IMG/VR virus record: IMGVR_UViG_3300025834_000005
Length of the DNA stretch: 64,000 nucleotides
Reading direction: 5' to 3' (one strand)
Source: a virus
The position numbers were made by a program, and so were the translations under genes. Positions 34,768-42,100 of this stretch are shown here, one piece after another. Each line of letters starts with the position of its first letter. Positions within the stretch are counted from its first letter, which is position 1. Under the pieces are notes generated by a model. It did no database searches. It saw nothing but the letters and a program-made list of their open reading frames with translations, and was not told the origin of the DNA.

Positions 34768-35217
34768 TCAAAGCATTTTTTCATATTTATCTTTAATTTC
34801 AAGTAAAGATGTTTGAAACTCTTTGCCACCATTCTCTAAATCAGGTGTTAACGACTCAATATAAGCTAATATATTTTTTACCATTTCAATGACATTGGCT
34901 TTGGCTAAGTCAATCGCAGCGATTTCCTGTGTAAGATCATCGTCCATTTGAAATGCCTGAGCAAGTCTTGACAACGCAGCATCAGCATCCTGTAATTTCT
35001 TAATCTCTGCCTCATATGATACGCTTGCGGCATTAGCCGTAGCAGCATCCACTGCTGGTAGATTTTTCTGAATAGTTTCAAGCTTCTCTTTAATCTGCTC
35101 AAGATTGCCTAATTTACTCTCCGACAACTCAGCTATTTTATTTATATTCGCTGCTGATTTCGAATTGAAATCACCCTTTTCTAAGGACTCTTTCAAATTA
35201 TCTAAAAAATAACTCAT
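34768..35217 (-). CDS. hypothetical coiled-coil protein
   Basis: 149 aa, A/E/K/L-rich heptad-like sequence throughout. Confidence 0.5.
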   Translation of the reverse strand: MSYFLDNLKESLEKGDFNSKSAANINKIAELSESKLGNLEQIKEKLETIQKNLPAVDAATANAASVSYEAEIKKLQDADAALSRLAQAFQMDDDLTQEIAAIDLAKANVIEMVKNILAYIESLTPDLENGGKEFQTSLLEIKDKYEKML

Positions 35218-35658
35218 TTATTTTAAAAAGTTTTTTACTAATTTATATGCGTCATAATCGAAATCAACATTAGGGCATTGATTCAAATCTATTAATTTAA
35301 CATTCATATCACACTCAAGTTCCATAAATGTTGTATAGTCCGCATATAAATCCGTATGCTTTTTCTTATCCTCTTCGGACAAATTTTCAAAACCTAAACG
35401 GAATCGTGCCTCAATTGATTTATCAATCGTATCTAATTCTTTTCCGATATTTTCATCAGCAAACTTAAAAATTGCCTTTTCAAGGTTTTTCAATTCTGGC
35501 GATATACTTTTCTCGATAGACGCAATCTCCTTTGATATAATCTCTTCTATTTCATTCAATTTTTTACTGTAATAGGTGTTTGAAATTTTATTCACCCTAC
35601 CATAAGCGATTAATTTACTAAAATCATCGCTAAGCGTTTTCACATCATTATATTTCAT
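35218..35658 (-). CDS. hypothetical protein
   Basis: 146-aa ORF abutting its neighbours (0-1 nt spacers). Confidence 0.5.
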   Translation of the reverse strand: MKYNDVKTLSDDFSKLIAYGRVNKISNTYYSKKLNEIEEIISKEIASIEKSISPELKNLEKAIFKFADENIGKELDTIDKSIEARFRLGFENLSEEDKKKHTDLYADYTTFMELECDMNVKLIDLNQCPNVDFDYDAYKLVKNFLK

Positions 35659-35659
35659 A

Positions 35660-36598
35660 TTATCTTACCTCTTTTATTTCTTTTACCATGAACTTAAACA
35701 CATCATAAATGTTATCGTCATTCTTATCTTTAGTTGTGATTCTCTTTACAAAGCTATGGATTTTATAGCCTATAAGTTTACCATAAGTATCCTTTACAAA
35801 CACTTGATCAATATTTATAAGGTCTTTAACTATTTTAGAGTCATCAGCAAGTTTAATCGAGCCGTATTTAGCTGGTATGAAAAATTCAAGCCTAAGCAAT
35901 TCGCTCCCAATTGTTTTCACATGCATAATCTCTGTCAGCTGTTCAATCTTATTCAATGTTTCGGTTTCCCTGAGACATTTTATAGGGAATTCAAGTTGTT
36001 TGGATAATGTTGGGGCGTCATTTAGGATGAATTTATCAGCTTCAACTTCTGTCATAATATCCACAGATTTTGAGAATCCGATTTCAAACGGAGTATTATT
36101 ATAAATATACTCAATCTGATATTCATCGTCATCTGTTCGTCTATCATTATACTCGCCGTTTATAACCTCTTCAAGGGTTTTGCCTGAATTCTTGTTTTTT
36201 TCATCGAAAAAACCAAAATGTTCATATCTACGACCCCATTTATCCTTTTTACCGAAATTCATACCATGACGGTCAGTTGCCGCTGCAACCTGAAAAGGTG
36301 TGGATTTCTTTCTAAATTCATCGCTTTTCTTTAGAATCTCGTAGTACTCTTTAGTGTATTTCTCGTCCTCAGTACCATTATAGAACGATTCAAGTGTGTT
36401 ATTTCTATGACGATGTCTTTGTATCTTTTTATAACCCTCAGATACAGCGTGATCGATTGGTTTAAAAATTAGCTCATCGGCATAGCTTAATGCCATGCCG
36501 ATTCTAATTGCTATACTGTAAAATATATTTCTAATCCAATTAATCATTTTTTGTTGCGATTTTTTTATAAATCTCGACTCGTTTATTTGTAACGTCAA
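35660..36598 (-). CDS. hypothetical protein
   Basis: 312-aa ORF. The listed start overlaps the GT gene by 59 nt. The alternative ATG at 36547 gives an 8-nt ATGATTAA overlap. Confidence 0.5.
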   Translation of the reverse strand: MTLQINESRFIKKSQQKMINWIRNIFYSIAIRIGMALSYADELIFKPIDHAVSEGYKKIQRHRHRNNTLESFYNGTEDEKYTKEYYEILKKSDEFRKKSTPFQVAAATDRHGMNFGKKDKWGRRYEHFGFFDEKNKNSGKTLEEVINGEYNDRRTDDDEYQIEYIYNNTPFEIGFSKSVDIMTEVEADKFILNDAPTLSKQLEFPIKCLRETETLNKIEQLTEIMHVKTIGSELLRLEFFIPAKYGSIKLADDSKIVKDLINIDQVFVKDTYGKLIGYKIHSFVKRITTKDKNDDNIYDVFKFMVKEIKEVR

Positions 36599-37910
36599 TC
36601 AAATTGAAAGCAGTTTTAAAGTCGTTATGCAGTTGAGTTCCTAACTTCTCTCTAAGGTCTTTATCGAGAATAAGTCTCTTTAAATACTTAGCCCAAAATT
36701 TATTTGAGTTCTTTTGCGATGGAATCAAAATACAATTCTCCATATGTCTGCCATCAACATTATATGTTGGAATATCACTACATACAATTGGTAAACCCCT
36801 TGTCCAACACTCAACCTGTTTAAGATTCGATTTCATTCTGTTAAACAGGTTATCGGCTAATGGTGCTATAACAATATCTGTCTCATTTAACACATTTGCA
36901 TAAACATTAACCTTTTGAGTCCATCTTCTTGCATAATTACCCTCATTAGGATAGGTGTGATTCCTATCATATTTTTTCAAAAATGATAGATATTCCTTAT
37001 CCTTAATAATTCTATTATTATCTGTCAATATTTCCTCATAAAGATAATACGATGATTCTTGAGGTGTGATAGGTCTTTCTGTTTTCACAAAAACATTTTC
37101 AGGATACTTATCCCTTAATTCTTGTGGTAACTCATTAATATCAGAAATATCACCCTTATTAGCATTAATAAGCTTAATAATCTTATTATTATATAATTTA
37201 CGTTCTTGAAGTTCTTTACCGAATTCCTGATTGAATTTAATATCGGTTTGATTGCCATTAATGTCCCAGCCAGCCAAAATGATCTTAAACTTATCCTTTG
37301 TCAAGGAATCAGCATTTAAAATGTTTACCACGCCATTTAATTGAGTTAAATCGCCATGATGTGAAGAGCCACCCATATAAGTTATTCTGATTTTACCATC
37401 AGGGTCGGGTGTCCTGTTATTAACAAATTGATCCATAGATGTTGGGTCAACTGAATTAGGAATCACAAATACATTATCCTTTCCACTTAATTTTCGCAAT
37501 TCGACAGCGAATAATTCAGTTGTCGTTGTGACATAATCAGCATTCTTTACAGCAAGTTCGATATACTGTTGAAGTCTGTTATGTATATAAAAGTCATGCA
37601 AAGGATGTGATTCGGGTAATTGCCAGAAGTCATCAACGTCTAATATAAGTACAGTACCAGCTTCTTTTAAAGCCTTACGGAAACTTGGGTATTTTCTTGG
37701 GTTATATAATTCTTTATGATAATGAATTATATCAAACGACGTAAGATAATCTATAATGTTTGGTTCTTCAAAATTAATATTAGGATTAATTTCTACTATA
37801 AACTCATCACTATGATTTCTATCAACCTCCATTGCTGGGGTCAGGGTTCTATAATAATTAATGCCTGCGACATCGGTATTATAAAACAGTATTTTTAGCT
37901 TTTTTTCCAT
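36540..37910 (-). CDS. GT-B fold (group-1-like) glycosyltransferase
   Basis: N-terminal 'KILFYNTDVAGINYYR', central 'ITYMGGSSHHGDL', and C-terminal 'IAPLADNLFNRMKSNLKQVECWTRGLPIVCSDIPTY' resembling the GT1 E/K-x7-E-type donor-binding helix and G-x-P-v-i-x-s block. Confidence 0.5.
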   Translation of the reverse strand: MEKKLKILFYNTDVAGINYYRTLTPAMEVDRNHSDEFIVEINPNINFEEPNIIDYLTSFDIIHYHKELYNPRKYPSFRKALKEAGTVLILDVDDFWQLPESHPLHDFYIHNRLQQYIELAVKNADYVTTTTELFAVELRKLSGKDNVFVIPNSVDPTSMDQFVNNRTPDPDGKIRITYMGGSSHHGDLTQLNGVVNILNADSLTKDKFKIILAGWDINGNQTDIKFNQEFGKELQERKLYNNKIIKLINANKGDISDINELPQELRDKYPENVFVKTERPITPQESSYYLYEEILTDNNRIIKDKEYLSFLKKYDRNHTYPNEGNYARRWTQKVNVYANVLNETDIVIAPLADNLFNRMKSNLKQVECWTRGLPIVCSDIPTYNVDGRHMENCILIPSQKNSNKFWAKYLKRLILDKDLREKLGTQLHNDFKTAFNLIDVTNKRVEIYKKIATKND

Positions 37911-37991
37911 AATTAAATAATATTGTATCTTTATTGCAAAGTAACAATATTATTTTGACATAACAAAGCGTTTTCTAAAGAAATATAATAA

Positions 37992-38306
37992 TTATCGTAT
38001 TTTTTTAGTTATTGATGGTTTTTCAACAACCACAGGCTCCACAGGTACTAACTGTTTATAAACAGTACTAACATTTGATAACATTTCAGACCTACTGGCT
38101 TCGGATACAGATATCATATTCTTAGCTCTTAGCTTATGAATTGATATGGGTAATGCGCTTATTTCAATAAATAATGTTTCGCCAGCATTTAATGGTTTAC
38201 TCTGTTTCTCCATGTTATTCACATAATCAATTAATACAAGACTATTAAATCCTTGCTGTCTCTTATCAATTTTATTCGTTGTATTTGTAATTTTATATAT
38301 TCCCAT
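37992..38306 (-). CDS. hypothetical protein
   Basis: 104-aa ORF downstream of the ParB-like gene. Confidence 0.45.
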   Translation of the reverse strand: MGIYKITNTTNKIDKRQQGFNSLVLIDYVNNMEKQSKPLNAGETLFIEISALPISIHKLRAKNMISVSEASRSEMLSNVSTVYKQLVPVEPVVVEKPSITKKIR

Positions 38307-38317
38307 AGCTTTTTTTT

Positions 38318-39112
38318 TTAAAATCCTTGTATTAATATTTCACCGTATTTGATTCCATCAAATCCATATTTTTTAGCCTTTTCAGCGATTGCTTTACATT
38401 TCAAATTAAACTCACTAATATTATTCTCTTGTGAAATAGCATTAAAGTTTACATGAGGAAACCATATCCTCGCTAATACATCCACAGGATTCTGACTGCT
38501 TTTATAAGAGACACCCAATTTATCAGTATCTAAAATATTGTCGAACTCAATTTCATATTTTTTCATACCCTCTTTAGGTGATAATGTGAAAAAATTGCCG
38601 TTAGTTGAATTATCCTTAAAATTATCTTTACGATAACCTATAAGTTTAACAACGTTCATCGAATCGCCGTCAATATCAGCCTCCTCAATAGTACCCTCAA
38701 TAGAATCTAAAAAACTATTCGGAACATTGCTATTCTCAGCTTCCTTTTGTTGATCGTAATCATATATATCCTGTATTTTATTTAAAAGTCTACAAGCATT
38801 TTTATGATCAAGGTCTACAAGTACGGCTTTAATAGTTTTCTTACCAGCATATAGCGACTTAACAAGTCTATGATGACCATCGAGAACGAATAATTCATTA
38901 TTAATCCAAATAGGATTTTCATCGTCATCGATATTTGCATCATCAACCTCATGTGAAAAAGTAATACCCTGTAAAGCTTTTAATATTGAAGGATTGATGT
39001 CAATAATTCTACCGTTCACCCCTTCAGCACCAAGTTTATCGATAACGATATCAAATGGAGCATTTACTTGAGGTAAATACGATGGTCTATGTTGCATGTC
39101 TATTGTACTCAT
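38318..39112 (-). CDS. ParB/sulfiredoxin-like N-terminal domain protein with C-terminal half resembling the ART-like module of the neighbouring giant protein
   Basis: 'FVLDGHHRLVKSLYAGKKTIKAVLVDL' is the DGxHR core of ParB-like nuclease domains. C-terminal 'GNFFTLSPKEGMKKY' and 'KKYGFDGIKYGE' parallel 'GIYFTESEEEAHMYG' and 'SKLGFDGQLINKEYGG' in ORF 39138-43361. Confidence 0.55.
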   Translation of the reverse strand: MSTIDMQHRPSYLPQVNAPFDIVIDKLGAEGVNGRIIDINPSILKALQGITFSHEVDDANIDDDENPIWINNELFVLDGHHRLVKSLYAGKKTIKAVLVDLDHKNACRLLNKIQDIYDYDQQKEAENSNVPNSFLDSIEGTIEEADIDGDSMNVVKLIGYRKDNFKDNSTNGNFFTLSPKEGMKKYEIEFDNILDTDKLGVSYKSSQNPVDVLARIWFPHVNFNAISQENNISEFNLKCKAIAEKAKKYGFDGIKYGEILIQGF

Positions 39113-39137
39113 GATTATAAATAGTTACTTTTTAAAT

Positions 39138-42100
39138 TTAAACTGGTACTTCCGTAACACGTCCTATTAGAAATAGAGGTTTACGATAAGGTATCCATTT
39201 TTTCAGATCATTTGACATTTTCGCAGTTGCCCCATTATTATCGTTTACAGCAAGAGTTATATGTCTATTATCATTAATAGACCCGAATCCAGAGACGCCA
39301 ACAGCCATAACATTTTCATCAATGGCATAACTCTCGACCTTTAATCTAAGTGTATATCCTAAATATTTCTCATAAAAACTGTCAATCTCTCCGAAATTAA
39401 TTGTCATATGATCACATATAAGTTCAGTGCCACCAGAGGCATTTGTTCTATATTGATTATAATCATCTGGAATCAAATCAGCGAAAGCGTTGCGTAATTT
39501 ATTGATTGATTTATCATCAAGAACAACGGCTGAATATTTTACAAGCTTTTTCTTACTCATTGGGTTTACGGAACTTAGTTCATTAACAGACTCCTCAACA
39601 AATTTATCGTTGGGTTTTACAAATTTATAAAAATCTGGATAATAATTATATTGAGGATTTCTTTTTTTAAAATTTCTTAAATTAGCTATTAACGAGCCAT
39701 CATTCTCATACTCATCATTCATTATCTCATATTGAGCATCACCTAAGCCAAATCCATTGGTTAGACCGATCCTATGCATCAACGTGTATTTTTTTAAGTT
39801 CTCTGTTGAGTAAATCTCGTTACCGCTTGTAAACAATCCAATATTCTCAGCCATTCTTGAATGCGTAAAATATTTATCCTGTAGAGCAACGTAAATGTTA
39901 CCGCTTGGGTCACCAATTGCTCGAACGTCAGCATCAAAATTAGCCAATGATCGTGGATTCTTATATATCGCAATACGATCACTTTTAGTGTCTAAAACAT
40001 ATGCCATAGGCTTTTCTTCCTGTGTCTGCAAATGTGTTTTATACTCTTTTTCAAATTCATCATCCTGATCAGGAATTCCGAATTTATTTGCAGCATATTT
40101 ATCGCCAACGCCTTCTTGGGTAATCTTGGTATCGTTAATTGGTTTATTATCGCTCTTAATATCTAAAAAATATCTATCATAATACCTAAACTGTGAGTTT
40201 TTTTGAATCAGTTTTTTAAATATCTTCAACATAACTATTCTACGATCACTTTCGTCAGCATTTACATAACTACTGGTTGTATCGCTAAGTCCGAATGTAT
40301 TAGTATTACCAACACGATTAAGAAGTAAAAATCGATCAAGATTATCATAAAAACTATCATCGGTAACAGCAAATTTTAAAGCTACCGCCATTTCGCCATG
40401 AATGAAATTACCATTCTTCTGAGCAACATAAATATTACCATAAACATCAGCAATGGCACGTGTAGATTGATCAAAATTACTTAAAGATTGCGGATTTTTA
40501 TATATCCCCACATTTTCACGTATATTATTTACATTATCATAATTTTTAACATATGCTACAGGTTTTTCAGACATTAGTAGGTTATGAAGCTTATAATCCT
40601 TTTCAAACTCGTCATCAGGGTCTGGGATACCAAATTTCTTTTCAGCGTATTTATCTCCGACGCCCTCTTGTTCAAGAGATTCCTGTAAGTTAAAGTTTTC
40701 GCTTGTAGCGTCAGGAACTTTACTAACCATATTTGTAATAGTAATTATAGCTGGATTATACGCTATAATATGTCTAACGCCACCATATTCCTTATTAATT
40801 AGTTGTCCATCAAAACCCAGCTTTGACATGCCTTGAATAAATAATCTGGGCTGATGTCTAAAAAAATCAACCCATATTTGTTGGTATAAATCCTTCTCGT
40901 TATCAGCGTACTCTGACATCATTGAAATCGCTTTAGCAAGTCCTCTGTTTGGGTTTATATCATAATTCTGAGCATCTTCCTTCCATTGAGGAGACATTTT
41001 AATTAAAGATGACATCATAGAGACCGATACAACCTTCTTATTTGCTGCGTTCGTCATCTTACGAGGTCTTAATACAACAGAATAAATATATTCACCATAC
41101 ATATGAGCCTCTTCTTCGGATTCGGTGAAGTAAATTCCAGGGCCTTCTTGATCGGTTGCATTTTCCTTACCGACAAATTCATCAGTAAACTTATCAAATT
41201 TATGCTTACTACCATGATACATAACATATTCGCCACCTTTTATAGTTTCATTTAAAGGTTCATCAGTACCATCTGGTGTGGGTTTATTATCAGAACTAAT
41301 GTATTTTAAAATATCCTCACGATTATTTTTCAGCTTATCAGTGTATATCTTCAATAAAATTTCCTTAAATTTATTCTTTATTTGTTCACCCCTAAAACCA
41401 AGATTCATAAGATCATTACCGTTTACAGGTAAATCTGCATTTGACTTTGGATACTTACCTGACAATAATTCGTCGCAAGCCATTTTTATAGACTTAGGTA
41501 TTATGTTTGACTTTAAAGACTCTGGATATGTTGCGTACATATTATAAGCAATTGATCTGGCTTTATATATGTTTACAGTATTGCCCTCTGAATCGAATGC
41601 AAACTTCAATGCTTTTATTTCCTTATAGGTGTTTATCTCACCACGCAATTTAGTTTTATAGAATTCATCGGGAGCATCTATAGTGTCGCCAATTAACAGG
41701 TAAATAAATTCGCCCATTGTTTTAGCATTCCTAAATAACTCAGCCTTAGAATTGAAATCAACCATTGGGTTAACTCCGAATAATTGTTTGTATATACCTG
41801 TCTCAACCAAAAGATTTGCACCGATTAAATGATCGCCCTTTTGGACTATTTTATCGAATTCAGTTAATATTCTCTCTGATGGTATTTCTCTTATCTTCGA
41901 AACGCTACCCTGAATAGCTTTCATGGTTTCAGGTTCGATTGTAAAACCAAATCTTGAAGCCATCTGAACAGCACGAAGCATACGCAAAGGGTCTTCGGTA
42001 AAAGCCGAAGGATCGACCATTCGAATAATTTTATTACGAATATCATCAACACCGCCAAAAGGGTCAATAACATTACCCTCAATATCGTTAGCTATCGCAT

